A program made the translations under genes and the position numbers. Positions 30,615 to 42,345 of a DNA stretch of 60,151 nucleotides are shown piece by piece (positions within the stretch are counted from its first letter, which is position 1; each line of letters opens with the position of its first letter). Location: assembly GCA_964016885.1 (NCBI GenBank), contig CAXHJY010000521.1, forward strand, positions 1-60,151, read 5' to 3'. Under the pieces are notes generated by a model, which worked only from the letters and a program-made list of their open reading frames with translations, ran no database searches and was not told the origin of the DNA. Source of the DNA: Eledone cirrhosa. Its lineage: Eukaryota.

Positions 30615-30690
30615 CATACATACACAAACAAATATATATATGTATTATATACTAATACATATATACACATATACATAAGTATCTCTATTG

Positions 30691-30768
<78 letters not shown>

Positions 30769-30867
30769 CACACACATATATATATATATACATATACACA
30801 CATACATATATATATTCATACATATATATACACACATATATATATATATCTATTCATACATATATAT

Positions 30868-30910
<43 letters not shown>

Positions 30911-30921
30911 TACATATATAT

Positions 30922-30968
<47 letters not shown>

Positions 30969-31111
30969 TATATATATATACACACATATATATATATATA
31001 TACACACACACATATATATATATATATATACATACATATATGTATATATATATATATATATACATATATGTACATATACATATATGTACATATATATATA
31101 TATATACATAC

Positions 31112-31142
<31 letters not shown>

Positions 31143-31147
31143 CATGC

Positions 31148-31194
<47 letters not shown>

Positions 31195-31225
31195 TATACA
31201 TATATATATAGATATATATACATGC

Positions 31226-31267
<42 letters not shown>

Positions 31268-31425
31268 TATATATACACACATATATATATATATATACAC
31301 ACAAACAAATATATATATGTATTATATACACACATACACACGTATATAAGTATCTATCTATCTATCTATATATCTATCTCTCTCTCTATATATATATACA
31401 TACACACACACTACACACATCTATA
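28736..31425. repeat. CATA/CA/TA-derived microsatellite and minisatellite block
   Basis: CACACATACATAAATA units, then (TA)n. Confidence 0.93.
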
Positions 31426-31688
31426 TAGCAACATTGAATGTAAGGGAGTGAGAAAAAGTTAAAAGAAGTTAAAATAGAGGAAAAGTGCAGAAAATAGAGG
31501 ATAATTTGCAGTAAAAGAGGATTTATAGCAATGTTTTACTGTTAAACTCCCTCAATGTTGAGATGGTATTACACAAATATACTCATGGATGTATGGACAT
31601 ACTCAGACGGAAATATGTAAGTGTGTGTGTGTATGTTGTTATGTGTGTGTGTGTACGTGTATGTATGTATGCATGTATGTATGTGTTC

Positions 31689-32385
31689 TTCTGGTTTTAT
31701 AATTTCACAAATATTTCCCAATAGAGAGGGAGTAGGTTTCTAACATAGACACAAGACTCTCTCATTGGAATTTACACAACATCAACTAAGTAGATATGTC
31801 TGCATGTCTGCATGTGTGTGCAGGTATGGATGTTATTGTATGTGTGGATGTGGATGTTTTGAGTTGTATGTGTACATGTGTATAAGCTTTGTATCTGTAC
31901 ATGTGTATATCCAGTTATTAGATGCAGAATTTTTGAATGTTTTACATATTTTTACTGTTCCATTAATGGATTGTACTTGTAATTTCCTAACTAGTTGTGT
32001 TCTTTCTGTTTCTGTGAAGCCCAGCTTCTCAAGATTTGTATTGAGGCAGTTACTAACATATCCCAGTGCCCCAATAATCACAGGTATAAATCTGAAGGTG
32101 TAATCAGGGTGGAGTATTTGAAGATTTCTCATCAGTTCTGGATAAATATTCTCCTTTTCGCTAATCTTTGATATTATATTGGCATCTGCTGGACAGCTAA
32201 TTTCCACTACTGTGCATGCCTTCTTTTCCCTGTCCCATATCATAATACCTGGTCTGTTATGCCCATATTTTATTGGGGTTTTTACTGGAACATTCCACCA
32301 GTGCTCTTTCATATTATGTCTTCCACATTGCTGTAGCTTTTAAAGTGTTTATCAGGGCTATCTTTTCTACAGATTGCATTGTACA
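31689..32385 (-). mobile_element. R4/Dong-type element, second copy (RLE and 3' UTR)
   Basis: Homologous to 26972-27671; HNRPGIMIWD..VEISCP. Confidence 0.92.
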
Positions 32386-32420
32386 GTATGTACGTACGTA
32401 TGTATGTATGTAATCATGTA

Positions 32421-35251
32421 TGTATTTTATGGTCAGGTAGCTCTCAAGTGCTACTGGTAACATGTAACTCAATACAACCTGCCTCATGCGCGGGTCGTCG
32501 GCAACTAAACCGGCAACCCCACCAAGCTGGCTTGGTGAGGAGGGTGATATTTCGACACCCTGCGGGATGAAATACAAGACTTGGCAAAGGGCGGAGGAAC
32601 TCAGCAGTCAACGGCCATCCAAATAGTACTTTTTTTTTTTTCACCTGTTAGTGAAAGGCCCCCAGTTGTTGTCACAACACCTTTCTAGGAGAGGGAAACT
32701 ATGAAAAAAAACCTGCAGCTTCGGAAGCATCCGATGATGTTGACCAGTTCTCCTTTTCAGGTAGTGTTTTCGATGCTCAGAGAGTGGGATTGGTCGAGTG
32801 CAAGGCTTTTCCCCACTTAAAAAGACCTTCAAAGCACAGGCATTGCTTGTTCAGGATATGTTAAGGTTCGTGTGGCTGGCCGTAGCCTAAAAGTGCACCA
32901 AACTCTATGCTGACAAATCATGACCTTGAAGTCAATGGCAGTAAGGGCTCTGGAACCTATTGTGAAGGGGTCTGGCCCGGCAGGTGTCCCATGGCACCAC
33001 AGTGTGGGCCCGGTCGTCATCCTGCAACTGCAAAGAGGTTCAAACCTCTGAATATTGGATGTTGGAATGTAAGACCTTTACTGGATTCCCAGTCCAGTGA
33101 AACTCGCCCTGAAAGAAGATCTGCTTTGGTGTCAAGGGAACTCGATCGCTATAACAGGGACATCGTTGCTCTTTCAGAAACGAGATTGGCAGGTGAGGGT
33201 CAATTTACAGAACAGAAGGGAGGATATACCTTCTATTGGAGTGGTGGAGCAGGGGGTTGTAGGAGAGAGGCAGGGGTCGCATTTGCTGTCAGGAATGGAA
33301 TTGTCTCAAAGCTGGAAAATCTTTCTTGTGAATTCAATGATTGGATAATGTCCATGAGAGTCCCTCTGATTCAAAACCACTTTGTGACTCTGGTTAGTGT
33401 GTACGCTCCTACTATGTGTGCCAGTGATGATGTAAAACTAAGTTTCTACATGTCTTTGAGAGAGGTCATCCATGGTATACCTTATGCAGACAAGATTATA
33501 ACCCTTGGTGATTTTAATGCAGGTGTTGGTAATGACTGGGAAGTTTGGAGCATGATGGGCCGGCATGGAGTAGGTAAGTGCAATAACAATGGCCTACTTC
33601 TGTTGCAGATGTGCACTGAGATGGATCTTGTTGGGAACATGCTCTTTCAGCAGAAAGACAAATATATGACAACTTGGATGCATCCAGGTTCCAAGAAGTG
33701 ACACCTTATTGACTTTGTTTTAACAAGGAAACGTGATATCAGGGATATCACGTTGGTTCGGGTATTGCGAGGCGCAGAATATTGGACTGATCATCGTCTG
33801 GTGCATGCCAAATTTCAATTTGTTGTGAAGCCCAAAGAAAGGGGGAAGAAGGTTGTACTTCCAAAACAACTGAACGTGGCTCCTCTGAAGACAGAGGAAG
33901 TCAGAGCTTAACTTTTGAGATCCCTTGAGTCCATGGAATGTGAAAACACATCGGAAAACCGTCTAAGATGTTAGTGCTGGAGTTTTAGGTCATACCAATA
34001 GAAAGCATAAAGACTGGTTCGATGAAAATAATGCAGTGATCCAGACCTTGCTTGAAGAGAAGCAAAAAGTGCTGACATCATTGTTGTGTGAGACACATTC
34101 TGACAGGAGTGACCAGACCTTCAGGCAGATCAAGGCACGTCTGCAACATCGATTGAATGACATACAGGATACCTGGTGGAGAAAAAAGGCTGATGAAATC
34201 CAGAAAGCCTTAGATAGACATGATACAAAGCTCTTATACAATCTGCTCAGAGAAGTGTATGGTCCAACTGGTCCACAAATATCACCACTTTACTCCAGGG
34301 ATGGGAAGGATTTGCTCAGAGATCCGAAGGAAATCCTGATCAGGTGGCATGACCACTTTGATGAGCTTCTCAACAGACCATCAGAAATCGATGATGAGTT
34401 CATCCGGTCGATTCCATCCAGACCTACAAAGCTGGCAATGGCTGATCCTCCTTCATTTGATGAGGTGGTGAAGGCCATTGCCAAATTAAACTGCAGCAAG
34501 TCACCTGGAATGGATGGACTGAGTGCCGAGATTTTCAAGTGTGCTGGTGATAACTTCTTAAACCGCCTCACTGATCTCTTTGTGAATGTTTGGAATGAAG
34601 AAGATGTACCACAGAACTGGAAAGATGCATTGATGGTGGTACTTTACAAAGGAAAGGGAGCCAAAGATGATGGTGGCAACTACAGAGGTATCTCGCTGCT
34701 ATCTGTGACTGGGAAGTTCTTGTGCAGGATATTGTTGGACAGATTGATACAGCACATTGCTGTTGAGGTACTTCCTGAGTCTCAATGTGGCTTTAGGAAT
34801 GGCAGAGGCACTGTTGACATTATCTTCTCAGTCAAATAACTTATACCAAGTTTGTGTCGATCTGTCCAAGGCATTTGACACTGTTAATCGGAAGGCTTTG
34901 TGGGTTATTTTGGAGAGATTGGGCTGTCCTGAAAAGTTTGTGAACATACTGAAACTCTTCCACGATGACATGCAGACATGGGTAAATATTGAAGGTAAAC
35001 TGTCTGAGCCAATCTCAGTTGAAAATGGTGTCAAGCAAGTTGATATAGCTGCACCGAGTTTGTTTGCCTTGTGTTTCGCAATGGTGCTCTTCGTGGCCTT
35101 CAGGTATTGTCAACAAGGTATCTATCTCAGATATCAACCTTCCGGCAAGCTGTTTAACTTCAGGTGTCTCACTGCCAGCACTAAGGCACTGGGTACCTTA
35201 ATCAGAGAATTTCTGTATGCTGATGATTGTTATCTCTTTGCACACTCCCAA
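32421..35251 (+). mobile_element. RTE/BovB-type LINE with 5' UTR, APE and RT up to YADD; decayed and 3'-truncated
   Basis: IGCWNVR, ALSETR, VYAPT, LGDFNA, TDHRLV, KSPGMDG, NYRGISLL, PESQCGFR, DLSKAFD, GVKQ, LYADD. Confidence 0.95.
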
Positions 35252-35678
35252 CTATATATATGGCGTCAGCACAGTATATTGTATGGTCAGAATTTACGAT
35301 TAGCAATTAGAAACATTAAATTTATCTTTAGAGTTAAAAGATGCCATTTAAGATGAAATTAGAAAAGTAAGAATTAGGTTTAAAGTTGGGAGATTTAGTT
35401 AAAGAATTTACAGAAGGAGGCTATTAAGAAAAGGTATAAGTGTATTATATATAGTCACGATAATTTTCAGGGTGGAATATAGAGTAAAGATTAAGCCAAT
35501 GCTTAGCGGACATTAACCAGCGACGCTGCAGACCCCCAGCCAGCCCGGGGTCCAACGGCGTGTCAGCCGTTCCGAGTATTTTCGTCTAGCGAAAGAAAGG
35601 GAAATTTATTTTTCCAAGCACTCCAGGGATGTTAACTGTTTTAAGCGCTGGGTGTGCTAGCTGACGCCATATATATAG
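35252..35678. mobile_element. 427-bp segment bounded by a perfect 19-bp inverted repeat (MITE-like or PLE inversion)
   Basis: CTATATATATGGCGTCAGC (35252) / GCTGACGCCATATATATAG (35660). Confidence 0.55.
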
Positions 35679-35965
35679 CTTTGTTAAGGAAACATCTTTT
35701 TTGAAAAAATATTTTTCACGGCACTTTCAAGCACTCATGACCAGCTTGAATGTAACCTGATCTCACCGCTGGCCTCTGTCTATGACGGGTGGTAGTAGTA
35801 CACTATAAGCCTATGCCCCTTCACCACAAGGACATAAGTAGATTTAATAATCCTCACTTGAGGGTGGTTGACCAGGCTAGTAGCTGCTAAATGTTCGGCC
35901 GCCCTCATGTCTCTGATTTTCAGCCCCATGGATTTTGTCTAATATATTCCTTTGTTATATTTCAA

Positions 35966-36023
35966 ATACCTGATGATGTCACCGGATTCATACTGAACCC
36001 GGTCACTGAAATGATCATAGTAT
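35966..36023 (+). ncRNA. Type I hammerhead (family E)
   Basis: Homologue of 7086-7143 with intact core and ATGATCAT stem III. Confidence 0.8.
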
Positions 36024-36094
36024 AATAAACCTTTCAAGGAATTACACCAGACCAGCCTCCTGTTATTTTATAATTTTATATATATATATATAAT

Positions 36095-36406
36095 ATATAA
36101 GATCAAAAGATGGTTAAATGAGTTCCATGTATTTTATTATGCGCATTTCAAAAACAAATATCATCATGCAATAACATTTGTGTTTTCATCAGATAAAATA
36201 GGAGGACATGATATGAAGGTTAAAAAACACTTGTGGATAGTGCAGTTTTAAATCAACATTTTTGAAATGCGCATAATAAAATACATGGAACTCATTTAAC
36301 CATCTTTTGATCTTATATATTATGTATACTCCAGTCCTACAAACTGTAGAGTGCTTCTTATCCGATATCTGCATTGCTTTATTGTACTACAATAAAACTC
36401 ACCTCC

Positions 36407-36410
<4 letters not shown>
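36095..36410. mobile_element. Family A PLE end, inverted pair; intact hammerhead at 36132-36198 (-) and a 3' half on +
   Basis: Homologous to 3519-3760. Confidence 0.82.
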
Positions 36411-36442
<32 letters not shown>

Positions 36443-36537
36443 TATATATATATATTCATATATATATATATTCATATATATATATATATATGAATATATA
36501 TATATATATATATATATATTCATATATATATATATAT

Positions 36538-37650
36538 GAAAGTTCAAGCATGTTCTACAATGCGAGGACCTAAAACATGAGGTGTTCAGGATTGCTAGGC
36601 AATATGTAAAGGAAAACAGTGATATTGTCGGGGAGAAGTGTGTCTGTAATGATGATGGTGTACTTGCCATCACTGATGCTGATAAGAAGGTAGCCTGGAA
36701 GTGTCACTACGAGAGGCTATTAAATGAGGAGAATAAATGGGGCAAAGATAGTCTGCCCCACATCAATCCAATAGAGGGACCAGCAGTGCAAGTTGAAGGT
36801 AGTATAATAAGTAAGGTAATCAAAGATATGAAGACAGGCAAGGCAGCTGGGCCTTTGGAGATAGTTGCTGAGATGTTGAAAGCATCTGGAATGGTGTGAT
36901 ACACTATGGTCATCCGGATAGTAAACCAAGTCATACAGAATGGGGTCATACCAAATAACTGGCGTAGCAGCATCATCATTACTGTTACAAGGGTAAAGGA
37001 GATGCTCTAGATAGGGGAAACTATAGAGGCATTAAATTAATTGACCAGGTCATGAAGGTCATGAAGGTTTGGGTTTGTGTCAGGTAAAAAGTACCACAGA
37101 CGCACTTTCCCCTTGTACGACAACTACAGGAGAAGTACCTAGCTAAAAGTAAACCCCTATACTTAGCTTTTGTCGACTTGGAGAAAGCCTTTGACAGAGT
37201 CCCCCACACCATTATCTGGTGGGCCCTTAGAAAACTAGGGGTTGATGAATGGCTTGTGAGAGCTATACAAGCTATGTATAAAGAAACAGTCAGCAAGGTT
37301 AAAATTAGCAACGAATATAGTGAAGAGTTTAGTGTAAAAGTTGGTGTTCATCAATGCTCTGTCCTTAGCCCCCTCCTATTTATTATTGCCCTTCAGGCTA
37401 TAACAGAGGAGTTCAAGACCGGCTGCCCATGGGAACTTCTATATGCAGATGATCTAACGCTCATAGCTAAATTGATGGATGAACTAGAGAAGAAATTCCA
37501 AACATGGAAGCATGGCTTAGAATCAAAGGGCCTTAAAGTTAACTTGTCTAAGACTAAAGTTCTAGTATGTAGGAAGGAAAATAGGGCACAGGTCCCCTCT
37601 GGGAAATGGCCATGCTCAGTATGTAGGAATGTAAGATGATGATGATGATG
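36538..37650 (+). mobile_element. RTE LINE internal fragment (same family as 17.6-20.2 kb) joined to (GAT)n
   Basis: FVDLEKAFDRVP, LYADDL, KWPCSVCR. Confidence 0.93.
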
Positions 37651-37660
37651 ATGATATATA

Positions 37661-37868
37661 GTAATAATAATAAATGTGAAGATTGAAATCGAAAGAGAGC
37701 TCAATAATGATAAATATATACCAAAAATATAATAACCATAGAGCAAATATTTATTAAAATAACAGATTAAAGTTTAAACAAAGAATTCACAGGATCTTCT
37801 GAGTTTCAGAAGATTCTGTTAGGGTGAAAACCTTTGCTTAAACTTTAATCTGTTATTTTAATAAATAT
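37661..37868. mobile_element. PLE-type tail with fold-back (37747-37783/37831-37868); homologue at 53027-53180
   Basis: Inverted repeat and a repeated tail sequence. Confidence 0.6.
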
Positions 37869-37899
37869 ATAAGAGGGATATATACATATATATATATGT

Positions 37900-38195
37900 A
37901 TAAGAGGGATAGGCTGTAGTGTGCAGGAGAGGGGACTGCAATGGTATGGACATGTGATGTGCATGGAGGATGACCGCTGGTAAAGAAGGGCCCAGATATT
38001 CCAGTAGATGGAAGACATAGTAGAGGAAGAGCACGAAAAAGATGGGTGGAGGTGGTGAGAGAAGACCTCAGACCATGGAGGAGATGATGAAGGGCGGTGA
38101 CAAGTGGAGAGATGCCGTCATTAATAAGACCCGACCCACCCTTGCAAGCAAGGAAAAGAAGATGTATGATGATGATGATGATGAATGATGATGAT
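37900..38195 (+). mobile_element. RTE 3' fragment with (TGA)n tail
   Basis: Homologous to 17370-17640. Confidence 0.88.
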
Positions 38196-38225
38196 ACATA
38201 TAAATATACATACAGTATATATATC

Positions 38226-38637
38226 CAGGAGAGATGACCCTTTAGCCTTTGTCAAGGCAGAATTCTAGGAGAAGGAAAACTCTGATATAACAACTGCAAC
38301 CCTGATGGTATCCAATGATGTTGACTTGTTCTTCTTTTTGGTAAATATCATCTTGGTTAAGAGAGTGGGACTGACTTTGTGCAGTGCCTTTGCTCACTAT
38401 AAAAGCTTCACGGCACAGGCATTGCTTTATATCTGGAGATCTCTCTGCACTTGTCATCACATGGTACCATGGGCCCAGCACTATGTGTCAATAATTGTCA
38501 CAAGTGTAGTGTTTGTACCAGAGTTTTCAAGTCACTGGCTGGACTAAAAAGTCACACTCGTTCAGCGCATCGGTAGGGGTTCTCCTACATGGATATAAAG
38601 TAGTGGCCGTACTCGAAAACGAGTTGGCAGCCACCAT
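38226..38637 (+). mobile_element. Bipartite RTE derivative, copy 3 (5'-truncated)
   Basis: Reverse complement of 23533-23945. Confidence 0.85.
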
Positions 38638-38765
38638 ATATATATATACATATACACACATACACACGTATATATATCAATGTATATATATATTTGTGTA
38701 TCTAAGGAATTCAAAAATTGCATGAATTTCATAAATTACTTCCGTGGTGTGGGAGTTAGGGAGCG

Positions 38766-39446
38766 GGTGGTGGTGTGATGGTGGTGGTGGTGGTGGTGGT
38801 GGTGGTGGTGGTGGTGTGTTGTGGTGATGGTGGTGGTGGTGTGTTGTTGTTGTTGTTGTTGTTGTGGTGGTGGTGGTGGTGGTGGTGGTGGTGGTGGTGG
38901 TGGTGTGTTGTGGTGATGATGGTGGTGGTGTGATGATGGTCGTGGTGTGTTGTGGTGATGGTGGTGGTGTGTTGTGGTGATGGTGGTGGTGTATGGTGGT
39001 GGTGGTGATGGTGTGGTGATGGTGGTGGTGTGTTGTGGTGATGATGGTGGTGGTGTTGTGTTGTGGTGATGGTGGTGGTGGTGGTGTGGTGATGGTGTGT
39101 TGTGGTTATGATGGTGGTGGGTGTGTTGTGGTGATGATGGTGGTGGTGGTGTATGGTGGTGGTGGTGATGGTGTGGTGATGATGGTGGTGGTGGTGTGTT
39201 GTGGTGATGATGGTGGTGGTGGTGTGTTGTGGTGGTGGTGGTGGTGGTGGTGTGGTGATGGTGTGTTGTGGTTATGATGGTGGTGGGTGTGTTGTGGTGA
39301 TGGTGGTGGTGGTGGTGGTGGGTGTGTTGTGGTGTGGTGATGGTGGTGGTGGTGGTGGTGATGATGGCGGTGGTGGTGTGTTGTTGTTGCGTTGGTGGCG
39401 GTGATGGTGGTGGTGTGTTGTTGCTGTGGTGGTGGTGGTGGTGGTA
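38766..39446. repeat. (GGT/GAT/GTT)n repeat
   Basis: Direct observation. Confidence 0.93.
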
Positions 39447-39704
39447 GGTAGAAATAGTGTGTTATAAGGCAGGTGGTTAGGAGCGGCGTTGTGAAATGTG
39501 GGTATCAGGTGCAGGTGAGTGCGGGGGGGGCGGGGGCGGGGGGGGGGGGTGTATTCAGGGTGTCTGGCAGGTGTGGGGTAGGCCTAGTGAGGGCTGAGTG
39601 GTTGGTCTCTATGGAGAACAATCTAGAGATTTGCAGGTGCGTGGGACTTGGACAAACAGCACCAGTGTTGAGTGCAAAAGAATCAGGAATTCACACCTGT
39701 GTAA

Positions 39705-39734
39705 ATATACACACACACATATACATAAATAAAT

Positions 39735-39807
<73 letters not shown>

Positions 39808-39824
39808 CATACACACATATATAA

Positions 39825-39880
<56 letters not shown>

Positions 39881-39931
39881 GTGTATATATATATATGTAT
39901 ATATATATATATACACATATATATATATATA

Positions 39932-39963
<32 letters not shown>

Positions 39964-40128
39964 CATATGTATATATATATATATATATATACATATGTAT
40001 ATATATATATACATATGTATATATATATATACATATGTATATATATACATATGTATATATATATATACATACATATGTATGTATATATATATACACATAG
40101 GTATATATATATATATATATATACACAT

Positions 40129-40175
<47 letters not shown>

Positions 40176-40192
40176 GGTATATATATATATAC

Positions 40193-40228
<36 letters not shown>

Positions 40229-40553
40229 GTATATATATATATATATATACGCATATATACACATATATATATATATACACATATATACACATATATATAT
40301 ATATACACATATATATATATATACACATATATATATATATACACATATATATATATATACACATATATATATATATACACATATATATATATATACACAT
40401 ATATATATATATACACATATATATATATATACACATATATATATATATACACATAGGTATATATATATATATACATAGGTATATATATATATATACATAT
40501 GTATATATATATATATATACATATGTATATATATATATATATACATATGTATA
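39705..40553. repeat. (TA)n/(CA)n compound microsatellite
   Basis: Direct observation. Confidence 0.95.
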
Positions 40554-40629
40554 TGGGAGCTTCCAACAGTAATGGTTGCATTCTTTAAGGGTATGTCAAT
40601 ATTTATTTATAAAACTGCTCTATATTATA

Positions 40630-40690
40630 TTTTATCTGATGAAAGCACACCATAATTTAACTTGGTGTCCTTGAAATATGTATAATGAAA
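40630..40690 (+). ncRNA. Type I hammerhead (family B') in PLE end 40575-40822
   Basis: TTTTAT-CTGATGA-AAGC-ACACCA..TGGTGT-CCTT-GAA-ATATGTAT-A-ATGAAA. Confidence 0.82.
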
Positions 40691-41062
40691 TAAATATGGT
40701 TTTATAAATATAGTTTCCATTTGTTAATATCGTATTTTTACTCCAATTATTTGTTGAGTGCTTTATATCAGTTATAAAAATATTTGCTTGTTGTATCCCA
40801 ACAATTTAAATAGAACTTCTACATATATATATATATATATTATATATATACAAGTGGAAGCTTAGTAAAATCGAAGCTTTGGCTGAGGCCAAGCAAAGCA
40901 GACCTACAATAAGGAATGAGTAGCAAAGCACTCAATAAGGGTAGGTCCTTAGAGTAATAGCATGCGTTTAAATAGCTTGACAAATTGAACATTGCGGTAG
41001 GCAAAACCCAACCACACGCTATCGACAAAAGTAACGAAAGAACTAACAGGATATATATATAT

Positions 41063-41218
41063 GAAGGCACATGGCTTAGTGGTTAGAGCATTGGCCTTGC
41101 AATCGAAAGGTTGTGAGTTCAATTCTCAGACTCGGTGATGTGTTGTTGTTTCCTTGAGCAAGACACTTTATTTCACATTGCTCCAGAGTTTACTCAGCTG
41201 TAGAAATGAGTACCAGCA
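41063..41218 (+). mobile_element. SINE family 2 head and core
   Basis: Matches 13612-13757. Confidence 0.88.
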
Positions 41219-41265
41219 ATCAACATCCTTCGTAACTCATATTTGATATATAAACAACTAATAAT

Positions 41266-41447
41266 TGTTTCTACTTTAGGCACAAGGCGAGCAATTACCC
41301 AGTTCATTACTGGTATTTTATTTTATCGACCCCGTAAGGATGAAAGGCAAAGTCAACCTCGGCGAGATTTGAACTCAGATCATAAAGGGACGTAACTATG
41401 CTAGAAAGCATGGCGTCCGACCCTCTACCGATACTGCCAATCCACCG
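41266..41447 (-). mobile_element. SINE family 1 with TSD ATAAACAAC(T/C)AATAAT
   Basis: TSD at about 41250-41265 and 41450-41465. Confidence 0.88.
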
Positions 41448-41520
41448 AAATAAACAACCAATAATGGTAAATTATCTCCATCTCTATAATACTAATACAT
41501 ACGCAATTATTAATATACGA

Positions 41521-41740
41521 TCTGAGTTCAAATCCCGCCGAGGTTGACTTTGCCTTTCATCCTTACGGGGTCGATAAAATAGAGTACCAGTAATGTACTG
41601 GTAATTTGCTGGCCTTGTGCCTAAAGTAGAAACAATTATATATATATATATATATAGAGGGTCGGATGCCATGCTTTGACGGATAGAGTTAAGGCCCTTT
41701 CCATTCTGAGTTCAGGCTTGTGCCAAAGGTAGAAACAATT
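41521..41740 (+). mobile_element. Two partial SINE family 1 copies
   Basis: 41521-41636 and internally deleted 41655-41740. Confidence 0.8.
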
Positions 41741-42300
41741 GGTGTTGATAGCGGTGGTGGTGGTAGTGGTGGTGGTGGTGGTAGTGGTGGTGGTGTTAGT
41801 GGTGGTGGTGGTAGTGGTGGTGGTGTTGATAGTGGTGGTGGTGGTGGTGGTGTTGATAGTGGTAGTGGTGGTAGTGGTGGTGGTGTTGATAGAGGTGGTG
41901 GTGGTGGTGTTGATAGTGGTAGTGGTGGTGGTGTTAGTGGTGGTGGTGGTAGTGGTGGTGGTGTTGATAGTGGTGGTGGTGGTAGTGGTGGTGGTGGTGG
42001 TGTTGATAGTGGTAGTGGTGGTAGTGGTGGTGGTGTTGATAGCGGTGGTGGTAGTGGTGGTGGTAGTGGTGGTGGTGGTGGTGGTGGTGGTGATAGGTGG
42101 TGTTGATAGCGGTGGTGGTGGTAGTGGTGGTGGTGTTGATAATGGTGTAGTGGTGTTGATAGCGGTGGTGGTGGTAGTGGTGGTGTTGATAATGGTGTAG
42201 TGGTGGTGGTGGTAGTGGTGTTGATAGCGGTGGTGGTGGTAGTGGTGGTGGTGGTGGTAGTGGTGTTGATAGCGGTGTAGTGGTGGTGGTGGTAGTGGTG
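41741..42300. repeat. (GGT)n with GTTGATAGT variants
   Basis: Direct observation. Confidence 0.93.
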
Positions 42301-42345
42301 GGCTGAGCACAGAAAAAGTTATTGAGAAAAAAGTGAGAATTTGAA

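Noticed and set aside
32907-35356. Intact host endonuclease or RT genes
   Set aside because: Fragments of a single decayed LINE ORF with stops and frameshifts
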